Assembly (NCBI GenBank): GCA_041497195.1
Contig: JBGQGB010000005.1
Location: 9,243 to 73,242 of the forward strand
Reading direction: 5' to 3'
DNA length: 64,000 nucleotides
DNA from: Candidatus Doudnabacteria bacterium
Lineage (GTDB): Bacteria > Patescibacteriota > Doudnabacteria > UBA920 > 2-01-FULL-46-14
Made by a program: the position numbers and the translations under genes. Each line of letters begins with the position of its first letter. Positions within the stretch are counted from its first letter, which is position 1. A model generated the notes under the pieces. It searched no databases and was not told the DNA's origin. It saw only the letters and a list, made by a program, of their open reading frames with translations. Below are positions 8,766 to 20,676 of the stretch, in pieces.

Positions 8766-9809
8766 TCAACCGAATGTGAAAGTGAACGCTTGGAAACCAC
8801 TCCCGACAATCGTGATTTCCAGTAGGTGATCAGAATAGTCGGCTGAATTAAATAAAGTATACAGCTCGGAAGCCTCAACTGTGACTGGTGGCTGCAGCAC
8901 CCCGTCCACAGTGATGCTGAGCTTGGCCGGAGCAGCGCTCTCGCCCACCAGAAACACTTTTCCAGAGTGAAACTTCAGGCGGATCTTGCCAGTCTGCCCA
9001 GCCAGGGTCGCAGCTTCTTTGGTAAAAACCCACGAGCCCTCCAGGGCGAAATTGTTCAAAGCCAAATCTTTTGACAAAGCATAATTCTGCTTCACAAACG
9101 AGGGGGTCTGATCTGGACTCAAATTGGCCAACCTGTCCGTGCCGAAATACATTTCCGGTGACTGAATTTTGTCGAGATTGTCACTGGCATTTCCCATCTG
9201 CTCAGTCTCAAGACCCAGAAGAGTGCGAATCGCATTTTCCGTTTTGTCATAATCGCCTTCGCCAAAATGTATATACACGATATTGCCCTTTTGATCAATC
9301 AGATATTCAGCCGGCCAATATTGGTTATTGTAGGCGTTCCAGGTAGCATATTCATTGTCCTGGGCAACCGGGTAGTGAATGTTAAAATGCTTGATGGCAT
9401 CAGCAACGTTTTTAGTGTCTTTTTCAAAAGCAAACTCCGGGGTATGGACACCCACGACGACGAATCCTTGGTCTTTGTAGGTATCGTACCACTTGGTCAC
9501 ATACGGCAGGGTCCGGATACAATTGATGCAAGAAAAGGTCCAAAAATCTACTAACACGACTTTTCCCTTCAAACTTTGCGTACTAAGCGGCGCGCTATTG
9601 AGCCAATGATCAATGCCCTGAAACTGCGGGGCGGGACCGTAATTCTGAAAATCAATTTTGGCCATAGGGGTTTGGTCTCCGGTTTTGGGGGCGGGGACGG
9701 GATTAATGTTTTTAGGACTAAATTTGGAATGCCGGTCCAGATATGCTCCGGCTGCCACGAACACTATCAAAACGAGAGCGATCAAGAAAAGCTTTTTTTT
9801 CAGATTCAT
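8766..9809 (-). CDS. DipZ-like membrane-anchored thioredoxin-family protein
   Basis: DFWTFSCINC CxxC motif, GVHTPEF, YWPAEYLID. Confidence 0.9.
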   Translation of the reverse strand: MNLKKKLFLIALVLIVFVAAGAYLDRHSKFSPKNINPVPAPKTGDQTPMAKIDFQNYGPAPQFQGIDHWLNSAPLSTQSLKGKVVLVDFWTFSCINCIRTLPYVTKWYDTYKDQGFVVVGVHTPEFAFEKDTKNVADAIKHFNIHYPVAQDNEYATWNAYNNQYWPAEYLIDQKGNIVYIHFGEGDYDKTENAIRTLLGLETEQMGNASDNLDKIQSPEMYFGTDRLANLSPDQTPSFVKQNYALSKDLALNNFALEGSWVFTKEAATLAGQTGKIRLKFHSGKVFLVGESAAPAKLSITVDGVLQPPVTVEASELYTLFNSADYSDHLLEITIVGSGFQAFTFTFG

Positions 9810-9821
9810 AGACGGGGGTTT

Positions 9822-10523
9822 TTAATATTTGGGACTGAACGCCGGGTAGTGTTGCAAAATCAGGGCATAAATTTGGGTATCGTAATTGAAATAAATAGCC
9901 AGGGCCAGCAGAACGATGACGATGCCGAATGCCCGCTGTAAAAACCCGGCATATTTGGCAATACTTCTGACTTTGGCTGTGGCATACTGACCGCCATAAG
10001 CGATAAGGAGCATGGGGACGGCCGCGCCCAGGGCATAGGCCACGAGCAAGATCCCAGCAGTCAGAAAATTTTGTTGGGCCGCGACCAGGGTCAGCACTGA
10101 GCCCAGAACCGGCCCAGCGCACGGCGTCCATACAATGCCCAAAGTCATGCCCAAAACCAAGCCGCCGATATTTCCCGTGCCCGCACTGGTGCCAACTCGA
10201 CCCATGCTACCAAACCAGGCACTGAGACGCCTGGTGGCGAGCTCAAAGGGCTGCGGCCAAATCATCAATAGCCCGAACAAACCCAAAACGATGATGGCGA
10301 GAGTCCGAATGGAATTGGGGCTGATACCCAAGTGACGCGCAACCAAAGAAATAAACAAACTGGCCAGGGAAAACACGAGGATAAAACCCGCGACAATAAA
10401 CAGCGGTCGCGACCGGCTCGTCTGTCCGACCGCGGTGCCAAGTAAAATCGGCAGAAGCGGCAAAATGCACGGCGCGGCCACGGTCAAAACTCCGGCGAGA
10501 ATGGCAATCAGGATTTGCAACAT
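9822..10523 (-). CDS. ccdA: Cytochrome c biogenesis CcdA/DsbD-family transmembrane protein
   Basis: APCILPLLP and WTPCAGPVLG motifs. Confidence 0.9.
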   Translation of the reverse strand: MLQILIAILAGVLTVAAPCILPLLPILLGTAVGQTSRSRPLFIVAGFILVFSLASLFISLVARHLGISPNSIRTLAIIVLGLFGLLMIWPQPFELATRRLSAWFGSMGRVGTSAGTGNIGGLVLGMTLGIVWTPCAGPVLGSVLTLVAAQQNFLTAGILLVAYALGAAVPMLLIAYGGQYATAKVRSIAKYAGFLQRAFGIVIVLLALAIYFNYDTQIYALILQHYPAFSPKY

Positions 10524-10535
10524 GACTGAAACGTA

Positions 10536-10937
10536 TTAGGCTTTTTTCTGCAGCATCAGGCAGGCGGAATTAATGCAAAACCGCTTGCCGGTAGTCTCCT
10601 GCGGCCCGTCCTCGAAAACATGACCCAGGTGAGCGCCGCATTTGGCGCACGTCACCTCAGTCCGGCCCATACCCATACTGGAATCATCCTGAAACTCCAC
10701 ACTGCCGGGGATGGCCTGGTCAAAACTCGGCCAGCCGGTGCCGGAATCAAACTTGGTCGCGGAGTCAAACAACTGGTTGCCGCAAGCGGCGCAGGCATAC
10801 ATACCTTGGTCTTTGGTGTGGACGTACTTTCCGGTAAAAGGCATTTCCGTGCCTTTCTCCCGCATAATGTGATACTGCTCCGGGGTCAGGGTTTTTTTCC
10901 AGTCCTCTTCGGTTTTCGGCATTTTTGTGTCTGCCAT
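10536..10937 (-). CDS. msrB: Peptide-methionine (R)-S-oxide reductase
   Basis: [27 protein letters not shown]; two CxxC zinc motifs. Confidence 0.96.
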   Translation of the reverse strand: MADTKMPKTEEDWKKTLTPEQYHIMREKGTEMPFTGKYVHTKDQGMYACAACGNQLFDSATKFDSGTGWPSFDQAIPGSVEFQDDSSMGMGRTEVTCAKCGAHLGHVFEDGPQETTGKRFCINSACLMLQKKA

Positions 10938-10974
10938 GAGATTGATCCTTTCTTTTTAACTATCTTCTACTAAT

Positions 10975-11018
10975 AGTATATCTGAATGAAAAGATAATGT
11001 CAAGTTGACTTGACATTA
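10975..11018 (-). promoter_or_regulatory. Sigma70-type promoter of the msrB operon with an overlapping palindromic operator
   Basis: TTGACA-17-TATACT on minus; perfect inverted repeat TAATGTCAAG-ttga-CTTGACATTA at 10995-11018. Confidence 0.75.
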
Positions 11019-11116
11019 GAAAATAACAAGTTAAGGTAAAAATACTTTAGATATAAAAAAAGAAGCGGGGGACTGCCTGTGATAGCACAGTCGCTCCCGC
11101 TGAGTTCGTTTTCATT

Positions 11117-11977
11117 CTACCGGGCGGTCTGCATCGCCCAGACCTGGCCGAGATCGAGCAGGGCGTTGATTTTGTTCGTATCAATTGACGCCCTATCGGG
11201 AGAGGATAGCCTGGGCACAACTTCCCGCTGGCTCCACCTGGTGATCTTGAAACCGATCTCCATGAAGAACCGCTCAGCTTCTTCGAGAGTGCTGAAGAAG
11301 TTTGATCGGATGTCGCGGCCGACGATAACGGAAAAGGTCCTCATTGTCTCGACGAGGGTTGGATTCATACGGATCATCCCTTCCAGTTGCTCCAGCGGCA
11401 TGACATCGGGGGTAATCCAGATACCGCCGCGCTCAGTTAGAAGATGATGGATATTTCTTGCCGCTAGTTTTTGCTCTTCCCGCGATAAATACATCAACAG
11501 GCCTTCGTTGACGACGGCAATCGGGTCGTTATCAAAAAAAGATCCGATCGACTGGAAACTGCTGTTGTCCACGACATTCACGGAGAGCCAGGATAGATTC
11601 TTTCGCGGTTTACCGCAGAGTATCCCCGTGACGATTTTTTGCTTCTCGGCGAGGATCTCGGGCAGATCGGTCTCCAGGTAGGTGACTTCCTGATCCTGAC
11701 TCCAGATGAGCCCCCTCGGAGAAAGGCCTCCGGCGAGTTCGACTATGTTGCGGCAACCGAAACGGCCGAGCAACCCATCCACTGACTTGTAACGAATTTC
11801 CATGTATGGTGCCGCCCAGAGAAAATCTTGAGCTTTGAGGCCGAGGGTTTTGCTCAGAACTTCATCGGCATGACATGCCATCGCGATTTCCCGCGAGAAC
11901 GGAATGTCAGTAAACACCCGAAGGGCAGCAACCACCTTGGCTGTTGGGCTAATCCTCGAATAGGCCGGGGTATTCAT
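11117..11977 (-). CDS. Class I SAM-dependent methyltransferase (leucine carboxyl methyltransferase-like)
   Basis: IVELAGGLSPRG, YLETDLP and NEGLLMYL motifs; AGGAGG RBS. Confidence 0.85.
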   Translation of the reverse strand: MNTPAYSRISPTAKVVAALRVFTDIPFSREIAMACHADEVLSKTLGLKAQDFLWAAPYMEIRYKSVDGLLGRFGCRNIVELAGGLSPRGLIWSQDQEVTYLETDLPEILAEKQKIVTGILCGKPRKNLSWLSVNVVDNSSFQSIGSFFDNDPIAVVNEGLLMYLSREEQKLAARNIHHLLTERGGIWITPDVMPLEQLEGMIRMNPTLVETMRTFSVIVGRDIRSNFFSTLEEAERFFMEIGFKITRWSQREVVPRLSSPDRASIDTNKINALLDLGQVWAMQTAR

Positions 11978-12123
11978 TAGATTCCTCCTGCATACTTTGA
12001 TTTGCTTATCTGCCTGTTTGAGAAACAGTATATTGTTGCATACCCCGAAGCCTTGGTCAAGACATAGTTTACATAATCGCCCAAGAATTGAACAATAATC
12101 GCGTAAAAAATCTTCAATTAAAA

Positions 12124-12414
12124 TTAGATTTGTTTCTGCTGAGAACCAAAAAGCGCTGCAAATGAAGGCGCGGCTGCGCTCGGCTGAACTTGAGTTTGGG
12201 AAGATTGTGTCCCAAGGATTGCCGGTGCGTTGCTCGGATGGGGGGTAATGACTGATTTTGCCGCCGTAGGCGAAAATAAGTTTTTACTAGCCACAATCAA
12301 AACTACCAGACTGAGGCTGGCAAAAAATAATTTAGCCCGGGGCAATTTTTTTGATCTCGGAGAAAACCGCTCGTCGGGCCTCACGTTGGCTTGGGTTATC
12401 GTATCATTTAGCAT
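12124..12414 (-). CDS. Hypothetical protein with one TM segment
   Basis: ORF downstream of 16S with hydrophobic LFFASLSLVVLIVA. Confidence 0.4.
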   Translation of the reverse strand: MLNDTITQANVRPDERFSPRSKKLPRAKLFFASLSLVVLIVASKNLFSPTAAKSVITPHPSNAPAILGTQSSQTQVQPSAAAPSFAALFGSQQKQI

Positions 12415-12705
12415 TGGGAGCCATAGTTTATGACGCTTAAAAAGCCGGTTTCTTACTATAGACCTACTTAAATACCTACGAAAAAACACCCTGATTGGGT
12501 GTCTTTTATTTTGGCCCCTGAATAGTGATAGGAATTACCCTACTTCGCTCTTGCGAGCTATGAAGGGCTTACGCATCAAGCCTTTGAGGAATCTACTTGT
12601 ACATAAGATTCGGGAAAGGACTTTGGCATTTCCGGCCCAGCGTTGTGGGCCAGAAACGATCGACATTCTCCGTAGAAACTACGGAAAATTATTTAATCTC
12701 CTTAG

Positions 12706-14170
<1,465 letters not shown>

Positions 14171-14587
14171 GGATCGTCCAAAAATCAAAGATTTTCGAAC
14201 ATCCTAATTGGCTCAAGCCTGTCCTCCAAAACTCCCCGAGGAGAGTGAAGGACGAATAAATGAGCTAGCGACAGATATTTTTTACCTTTCGATTTCACTC
14301 AAGGTAACCCTGAGCGAAGTCGAAGGGTTATAATGGTCATCTGTCAAAAACCATCCAAAATCAATTGGAATTGACGCGTAATTGACCCTGCTTCCGAACT
14401 TGACGAACGGAACCAGGGTTTCCTATCACTATTCAGTTGCCAAAGAACTTTTGCCTTGTTTAAGCTCCAAAAGATACAAAAAACACGCGATCCAAAGCGT
14501 GTCATATCCCCCGAACACACGAATTTCTTAGGAATTGCTTGCGACTTTTGTCTCCTTTTAAAAAAGCTTAATAATTAAGGCTCCTTT

Positions 14588-14617
14588 ATTATAGCCCTCG
14601 TTGACCCGTCTTGTCAA
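14588..14617 (-). promoter_or_regulatory. rRNA promoter
   Basis: TTGACA-18-TATAAT on minus about 420 nt upstream of mature 16S. Confidence 0.75.
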
Positions 14618-14657
14618 ATCAAAAGCCCTCTCAGAGTGAAAGGGCCTAGTCTCGCCT

Positions 14658-15233
14658 TTAAGTGATGATTTTGTCGATGATGCCGTATTTCTTGGCATCT
14701 TCGGCAACCATGAAAAAATCGCGGTCTGTGTCTTTTTCAATTTTGGCAATAGGCTGGCCAGTGTGTTTGGAAAGAATCTTGTCCACTTGCTCTTTGATGC
14801 GAAGCATTTCTCTGGTTTGAATCGCCACATCTTTGGCTTGGCCTTCCGCCCCGCCCATGATCTGGTGGATAAGGACCCGGGCATTCGGCAGAGAAAATCT
14901 TTTCCCCTTGGCCCCGGCAGCGAGCAGGACTGCGGCCGCGGACGCAGCTTGGCCGACGCAAATCGTGACCACGTCGTTTTTGACGTGCTGCATGGTATCG
15001 TAAATGGCCAAAGCAGCAGTCACGGAGCCACCCGGAGAATTGATATACATCTTGATTTCTTTTTTGGGATCCTCGGCAGCGAGAAACAACAACTGGGCAA
15101 TCACGAGATTGGCCATATGATCATCAATCGGCTCGCCTAAAAAAATGATTCTCTCTTTGAGCAGTCTGGAATAAATATCATAGGCTCGCTCGCCAAAAGG
15201 AGATTTGTCAATGACCATTGGTATTAGAGGCAT
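14658..15233 (-). CDS. clpP: ATP-dependent Clp protease proteolytic subunit
   Basis: [35 protein letters not shown]. Confidence 0.97.
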   Translation of the reverse strand: MPLIPMVIDKSPFGERAYDIYSRLLKERIIFLGEPIDDHMANLVIAQLLFLAAEDPKKEIKMYINSPGGSVTAALAIYDTMQHVKNDVVTICVGQAASAAAVLLAAGAKGKRFSLPNARVLIHQIMGGAEGQAKDVAIQTREMLRIKEQVDKILSKHTGQPIAKIEKDTDRDFFMVAEDAKKYGIIDKIIT

Positions 15234-15271
15234 AATAGTTCCTTTCTTTTTTGCTAAATTAATTCCTCAAA

Positions 15272-16468
15272 CTATTCTGACGGCTTCGGCTCTTCTGCAG
15301 GCAAAGTCTCGGCAAGTGGTTCTTCTGTTGGTACTTCTGTCTCGGTTGCAGGTACCGCAGCCTCACCAACCGGTTCGGCCGGTTCTTCGGAAGGAGCGGC
15401 GACTTCTGGCGAAGCCACTGCTTCACCGCCAAGTTTCTCGCCAGCAATATCTATCTTCCATCCAGTCAGCCGGGCGGCAAGACGGACATTTTGGCCAGCT
15501 TTGCCGATAGCCAAACTGAGTTGGTCTTCCATCACTCCGACTTTGGCTTCTTTCAGCTCCTCGTTGAGCTGCACATTAATAATCTTGGCCGGGCTTAGCG
15601 CGTTGGCAATGAATTTTACCGGGTCATCACTCCATTCGATAATATCGATTTTCTCACCGCCCAGTTCAGCCATGACAGTCTGCACCCGGGTCCCGCGCTG
15701 CCCGACACAAGCACCGATGGGGTCGACTCCTTCTTGGTTGCTGAATACCCCGACTTTGGAACGCGAGCCGGCTTCACGGGCGATCGCTTTGATTTCGATG
15801 ACTCCATTATAAACTTCCGGGACTTCTATCTCAAACAAGCGGCGGACAGCATCCGGATGAGAACGCGACAGAGTGATCTTCGGCCCTTTGGCCGTGGACT
15901 CGACGTGTAAAATCAAAAGTTTTATCCGGGAGCCGATCTTGTATTGCTCGCCGCGAATCTGCTCGGACGGAAACAAAACCCCAGTGGCTTTGCCCAAATC
16001 CACCAAGACCGTGTCTTTTTCCATGCGCTGCACAATCCCGGTCACGAGCTGGCGTTCTTTGGCTTTGAACTCAGTGAACATCACATTGCGCTCGGCCTCC
16101 CGCAGTTTCTGGATGATGACTTGCTTGGCGGTTTGCGCCGCTATGCGGCCAAAACTCGTCCCGGTCTTGGGAGTAATTTCAGTTCTGAGCTCATCGCCGA
16201 CCTTGCAACTCTTTTTGATTTTATGCGCCTCCTCGAGAGCCAGTTCTTTTTGGGGGTCCTCAACCGTCTCTACGACAGTTTTGACGTCAAAAACCTTCAT
16301 GGCCATGGTCTCGGCATTGAGTTCTACTACTACATTTTGGTCCTTTTCGCCGTAATCTTTTCGAAAAGCAGCGGCTAGGGAAGTTTCAATCATTTTCAAA
16401 ACTTCGTTTTTATCAAGGCCTTTTTCTTCGGCAATCTCGTTCAGAGCTGAGGCAAATTCCTCGTTCAT
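15272..16468 (-). CDS. nusA: Transcription termination/antitermination factor NusA
   Basis: FGRIAAQTAKQV, S1 and KH domains, AIGKAGQNVRLA. Confidence 0.97.
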   Translation of the reverse strand: MNEEFASALNEIAEEKGLDKNEVLKMIETSLAAAFRKDYGEKDQNVVVELNAETMAMKVFDVKTVVETVEDPQKELALEEAHKIKKSCKVGDELRTEITPKTGTSFGRIAAQTAKQVIIQKLREAERNVMFTEFKAKERQLVTGIVQRMEKDTVLVDLGKATGVLFPSEQIRGEQYKIGSRIKLLILHVESTAKGPKITLSRSHPDAVRRLFEIEVPEVYNGVIEIKAIAREAGSRSKVGVFSNQEGVDPIGACVGQRGTRVQTVMAELGGEKIDIIEWSDDPVKFIANALSPAKIINVQLNEELKEAKVGVMEDQLSLAIGKAGQNVRLAARLTGWKIDIAGEKLGGEAVASPEVAAPSEEPAEPVGEAAVPATETEVPTEEPLAETLPAEEPKPSE

Positions 16469-16632
16469 CGTCGCAACTGGTATTACCTTCGCCTCGAGCT
16501 TATTGCTCGAAGGCTGCGGTATACATATTGCTCCTCTTTCCCAAAATCCGCCTGAGGCAGACTACTCGTTTTGGGAATCTTTAATTATCAATACGGGGAA
16601 GGAGTTTAAAAAATGCCGGCTACTCGCCTGCA

Positions 16633-17058
16633 TTAATCTGAATCTTCAACCGCGTTCTCCACTAGTTTAACAGATTTGACGGAGTTGTCAACCGGGTCCA
16701 TTAATACTGCCACCACGTCTATTTGGACCTCAAAATCTTCGAATTCGGGGCGCGCTTGCAAAAAAAGCTGCAACATTCTGCGCAAATACTCCTGTTTCTG
16801 AGCGTCAACCGCTTCCAGGGTGTCCATGAACTCTTCCGTACTTCTGGTTTTGACCTCCACCACCACGAGTTGTCTGCCTTTCCGGCAAATGATATCGATT
16901 TCCCCGAGTTTCTTGCGATCGTAAACCGCGAAATTGCGTTCTAAGATTCGATAGCCCTTCTGTCGGTACAAATAGCTGACCCATTCTTCCCCGGCCATGC
17001 CGGTTGGCAACGCTTTGAGATCAGGCGGCCTCAAAAAAAATTTATTGAGCAGGCTCAC
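16633..17058 (-). CDS. YraN family (UPF0102) endonuclease
   Basis: GEIDII...VEVKTR motif. Confidence 0.9.
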   Translation of the reverse strand: MSLLNKFFLRPPDLKALPTGMAGEEWVSYLYRQKGYRILERNFAVYDRKKLGEIDIICRKGRQLVVVEVKTRSTEEFMDTLEAVDAQKQEYLRRMLQLFLQARPEFEDFEVQIDVVAVLMDPVDNSVKSVKLVENAVEDSD

Positions 17059-17462
17059 TTTCTTGCCAGGTATTTGCGCTTAGTTGCCTCATCCCGCCAA
17101 GCGCGAACTTGCGGTCCAAAATCAAACAACAAATATTTCAGAATAAACCCAAACCAAACCAGACCCATCAACAAAAAACACAACTCCAAAAAATGAGTGG
17201 ACAGCCAGGGGATGTTCTCGAAACGCATGCCAAACCAAAATAGCGTCAAAAGTCCGGTCGTAAAAAAAAGATGAAAAAAACGGCTCAGCAGATGGCGAGG
17301 CGGGCTGTTTTTCTCAGAAAGCCACACAAAAATTTTGGCAACTATCGCAATGATCACAAACCCAACTCCGATCCAGAAAAAAATATAGTCTGAGCGGGAG
17401 AGACTCAAAGGGTTTGGCCCAAACAAATAGAGGCTATTCCACAATTTATTAAAATCTGGCAT
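17055..17462 (-). CDS. Hypothetical membrane protein
   Basis: Three TM segments; stop overlaps YraN start. Confidence 0.7.
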   Translation of the reverse strand: MPDFNKLWNSLYLFGPNPLSLSRSDYIFFWIGVGFVIIAIVAKIFVWLSEKNSPPRHLLSRFFHLFFTTGLLTLFWFGMRFENIPWLSTHFLELCFLLMGLVWFGFILKYLLFDFGPQVRAWRDEATKRKYLARK

Positions 17463-17520
17463 ATGAACTTGTGAACGCAAAAGTTACCAACCTGCTCACC
17501 CTTAAATTTAGCTTGATCTT

Positions 17521-18078
17521 TTACTTTTGATACAAAAGTGCGTAGTGAAAAGCACCCGCCTGCAGCTCCTTGACCGGCCGAAAACTATATTGCTCCAAAA
17601 GCTTGGCGGCTTCCTCTTTGGGCAAACGCTGGGGCACAGGCGGCCCGAACATAGCGTCAGGCGTATATTCCACGACCAAAATCTGTCCCCCGGTTTTCAA
17701 GATACGATAAGCCTCCCGCAGCACTTCATTTCGGTTCCGAACTTGGTGCAGCAAACTCGAAAGAATTACAAAATCAGTGCCCGTATCCGGCAATTTGGTA
17801 GCCCCGTATTTCTCCAAATCACACTGCCTGGTCGTGATGTTATGCAGTCCGACCAGCCGGGCCAAAGTGGCCGTCTGAGAAAGAGCGTCCTCCATCACGT
17901 CAAAGGCAGACACCTGGCCTTTGGTCCCCACGAGCGCGCCGGCGGCGACCGCGTAATGACCGTTACCCGCACCAAAATCCGCCACTGTCATCCCTGGTTC
18001 CAGAGGAATCGATCTCAAAAGATCCTCCGGCCGCAGAAACTCTTTGGTTTTGTATTTGGTCTGAAACGAAAATGCCAT
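17521..18078 (-). CDS. Class I SAM-dependent methyltransferase
   Basis: VADFGAGNG motif I; RILKTGG. Confidence 0.88.
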   Translation of the reverse strand: MAFSFQTKYKTKEFLRPEDLLRSIPLEPGMTVADFGAGNGHYAVAAGALVGTKGQVSAFDVMEDALSQTATLARLVGLHNITTRQCDLEKYGATKLPDTGTDFVILSSLLHQVRNRNEVLREAYRILKTGGQILVVEYTPDAMFGPPVPQRLPKEEAAKLLEQYSFRPVKELQAGAFHYALLYQK

Positions 18079-18094
18079 TTTGGATTTCAAAACA

Positions 18095-18895
18095 TCAAAC
18101 GATTTGTCTATAGCTGCTTATATTCAAGCATTTCCCGGAGTCTTCGTCAATCTGGAGAACGACATAATCCATTTCGAATTTTTCCGATTCCGCGATCTCC
18201 AGTCCAACTTCGCCGGGATTCAAAAATCGTTTCAGAACCGGCTCCACTGCTACGCCGATTACCGAATCAGCAGCCGCCACCATACCAACATCAGTGAGAT
18301 AACCCGTGCCTTGGGGCAAAATTTGCGCGTCCGCAGTCGGCACGTGCGTGTGGGTACCGAGCACTGCTGAGACTCGGCCGTCGGCCCAAAAGCCCATACC
18401 GCGCTTTTCCGAAGTGGCCTCGGCATGAAAATCCACGATCCGGATTTTGGCCTGAGAGCCCTCACTAGCGAGAATCTCATTAAGCGCGAGAAATGGGTTG
18501 CCAATCTCCCCCAGATCAAACTGCTTCTCCATAAAAGCCTGACCCAACAGATTGATGACCAGAATCGGCACCCCCTTGACGGTGATGAGGCGAAACCCCT
18601 TCCCCGGCAGTTCCGCGGGAACATTGGCGGGGCGAATAATCCGCTCGGGCCATTTTTCGAAAACCGCTTTGCCCTCGGGTTTGTCAAAGACGTGATTGCC
18701 GGAGGTAAAAAAATCTATGCCGGACTCCAGCATGGCGTTTACGGTCGATAGCGTGACTCCTTTTCCATGAGCCAAATTTTCCGCATTGGTCATGACCAAA
18801 TCCGGCACGTGTGTGGCCCGAAGTTCCGGGAGCAATTTGGCCACCGCGTGCCGGCCGGTTTTCCCGTTGATGTCGCCGAAAAATAATATTTTCAT
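18095..18895 (-). CDS. ymdB: YmdB/TIGR00282 metallophosphoesterase
   Basis: GDING, NAENLAHG, TSGNH, DFHAEATSEK, GTHTHVPTAD; downstream of rny. Confidence 0.93.
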   Translation of the reverse strand: MKILFFGDINGKTGRHAVAKLLPELRATHVPDLVMTNAENLAHGKGVTLSTVNAMLESGIDFFTSGNHVFDKPEGKAVFEKWPERIIRPANVPAELPGKGFRLITVKGVPILVINLLGQAFMEKQFDLGEIGNPFLALNEILASEGSQAKIRIVDFHAEATSEKRGMGFWADGRVSAVLGTHTHVPTADAQILPQGTGYLTDVGMVAAADSVIGVAVEPVLKRFLNPGEVGLEIAESEKFEMDYVVLQIDEDSGKCLNISSYRQIV

Positions 18896-18972
18896 AAGCT
18901 TATAGGAATTAGCTTTTAGCTTGTATGTAATCAACTCGAGCTACCAGCTACAAGCTATTGATTATAAGCTAA

Positions 18973-20490
18973 CTATCTAGCGTACTCCACGACCCGCAGT
19001 TCCCGAATGACCTGCACTTTGATTTCTCCGGGATATTTCAGCTCAGCTTGAATCTTGTTGGCGATTTCGCGGGCCATCTTCATGGCCGCCCAGTCATCGA
19101 CTTTGCTCGGCTCGATAAACACCCGGATTTCCCGGCCGGCCTGGATCGCATAGCTCTTTTCCACGCCCTCAAACGAATTGGTGATTTTTTCCAGTTCTTC
19201 CAGACGTTTGATGTACTGCTCGTAGGTATCTTTGCGCGCGCCCGGCCGGCCACCGGAAATATTGTCGCAGGCGTCCACGATGGCAGCCTCCACGCTGCCG
19301 TGCTCCACGTCCCCGTGGTGGGCAGCAATGGCATTGATGATTTTTTCCGGCAAACCGAACTTTTTGGCAATTTGCACCCCCAGTTCTACGTGCGTTCCTT
19401 CCATATCCTGGTCGAGCGCCTTGCCAATATCGTGCAGCAAACAGCCCTGCTTGACCGCCTGGACATCCGCTCCAAGTTCTTCGGCCATAATTGTGCCGAT
19501 TTTCGCCATTTCAATGGAATGTTTGAGCACATTCTGGCCGTAGGAAGAACGAAAACGCAATCGTCCAATGAGCTGCACCAACTTCGGCGGGAAACTGGTA
19601 ATCCCGAGATCATACACCGCCTCCTCGCCCGCTTCCTTGATCATTTGGCCGACTTCTTTCTTGGCTTTTTCGTAAGCCTCCTCGACTTTGGCGGGGTGAA
19701 TTCGCCCGTCCTGAATGAGTTTTTCCAAAGTGACCTTGGCCACGTATCTGCGGACAGAATTGAATCCGGAAATCACGACTGCATCCGGGGTTTCGTCGAC
19801 AATCACTTCGACGCCCAGCATCTGCTCAAAGGCTTTGATATTGCGGCCTTCTTTGCCAATGATCCGGCCTTTCATTTCTTCATTCGGTAACGGCACGGTC
19901 GTGGTTGTGGTTTCCGTCGAAACCTCGGCACTGGTGCGCTCGATCGCCTGGGTGACGATTTCCCGCGCTTCCCGCTCCGCGTCTTCCCGGGCCTGCGCTA
20001 TCAATTTTTTGGTCAATCCCAAAAGCTCATCGTGCATCTGTTTTTCCGTCTGGTCCAAAAGCACGGTCTTGGCTTCCTCGCGCGTGAGCTTGGCAATCTT
20101 CTCCAAGGCTTCCATTTGTTTGGCTTTGCCGGCAGCCAGGTCATCTCGGCTTTTTTTCAGTTCCTCGGTTTGCTTCTCGAGTCCCAACTTCTGGCGGTCA
20201 AGATCCTTGACCCGCTCATCAAGATCGGTTTCCTTTTTTTCCAAACGGCTCTCCAAACGCAAAATCTGCTGACGGATTTCCGTCTCCTGTTTTTTGGCCT
20301 CTTCAGCTATTTTAAAAGCCTGGTCCTTGGCGGCAAGCAATAGTTCTTTCTCTTTTTGTTTGGCTTCCTCCAAAAGACGCTCGGCCCGGGCCTCGGCCGA
20401 ACCGATCTTGGTCTGCACCTGAAATTTGCGCACAAAATATCCGGCGACCAGAGCGACAACAACAGCGACAATAAAATACAGACTATTCAT
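18973..20490 (-). CDS. rny: Ribonuclease Y
   Basis: N-terminal TM, coiled coil, KH (KGRIIGKEGRNI), HD domain (LLHDIGK). Confidence 0.97.
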   Translation of the reverse strand: MNSLYFIVAVVVALVAGYFVRKFQVQTKIGSAEARAERLLEEAKQKEKELLLAAKDQAFKIAEEAKKQETEIRQQILRLESRLEKKETDLDERVKDLDRQKLGLEKQTEELKKSRDDLAAGKAKQMEALEKIAKLTREEAKTVLLDQTEKQMHDELLGLTKKLIAQAREDAEREAREIVTQAIERTSAEVSTETTTTTVPLPNEEMKGRIIGKEGRNIKAFEQMLGVEVIVDETPDAVVISGFNSVRRYVAKVTLEKLIQDGRIHPAKVEEAYEKAKKEVGQMIKEAGEEAVYDLGITSFPPKLVQLIGRLRFRSSYGQNVLKHSIEMAKIGTIMAEELGADVQAVKQGCLLHDIGKALDQDMEGTHVELGVQIAKKFGLPEKIINAIAAHHGDVEHGSVEAAIVDACDNISGGRPGARKDTYEQYIKRLEELEKITNSFEGVEKSYAIQAGREIRVFIEPSKVDDWAAMKMAREIANKIQAELKYPGEIKVQVIRELRVVEYAR

Positions 20491-20499
20491 AAATGAATG

Positions 20500-20676
20500 A
20501 GTCTGCGCGATGAAAAATCTGGCTTTTTTAGCTTACAACAAAATTAGACCGTCAAGCTACGGTTTGAATGGAAACTATGAGATTGGGGATGCCAAAGATT
20601 GGTACTATTCACAAAACGCTTTGGTAAGCTTGAACTCACAGGAAAGCAGAAAAGCAGTTCTTTAATCGCACAGAAC
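20500..20676 (-). ncRNA. Putative 6S RNA-like rod-shaped RNA (or structured rny leader)
   Basis: Terminal arms tctgcgcgat/atcgcacaga, inner arms tcaagct/agcttga, central unpaired region; promoter TTGACA-18-TATAAT at 20714-20743. Confidence 0.55.

Noticed and set aside
14284-14330. REP-like palindrome ccctgagcgaagtcgaaggg in the rRNA leader, and ggggccccgg...tgggg at about 34474-34506
   Set aside because: Each is a single copy in this window, so a repeat family cannot be shown without the rest of the genome
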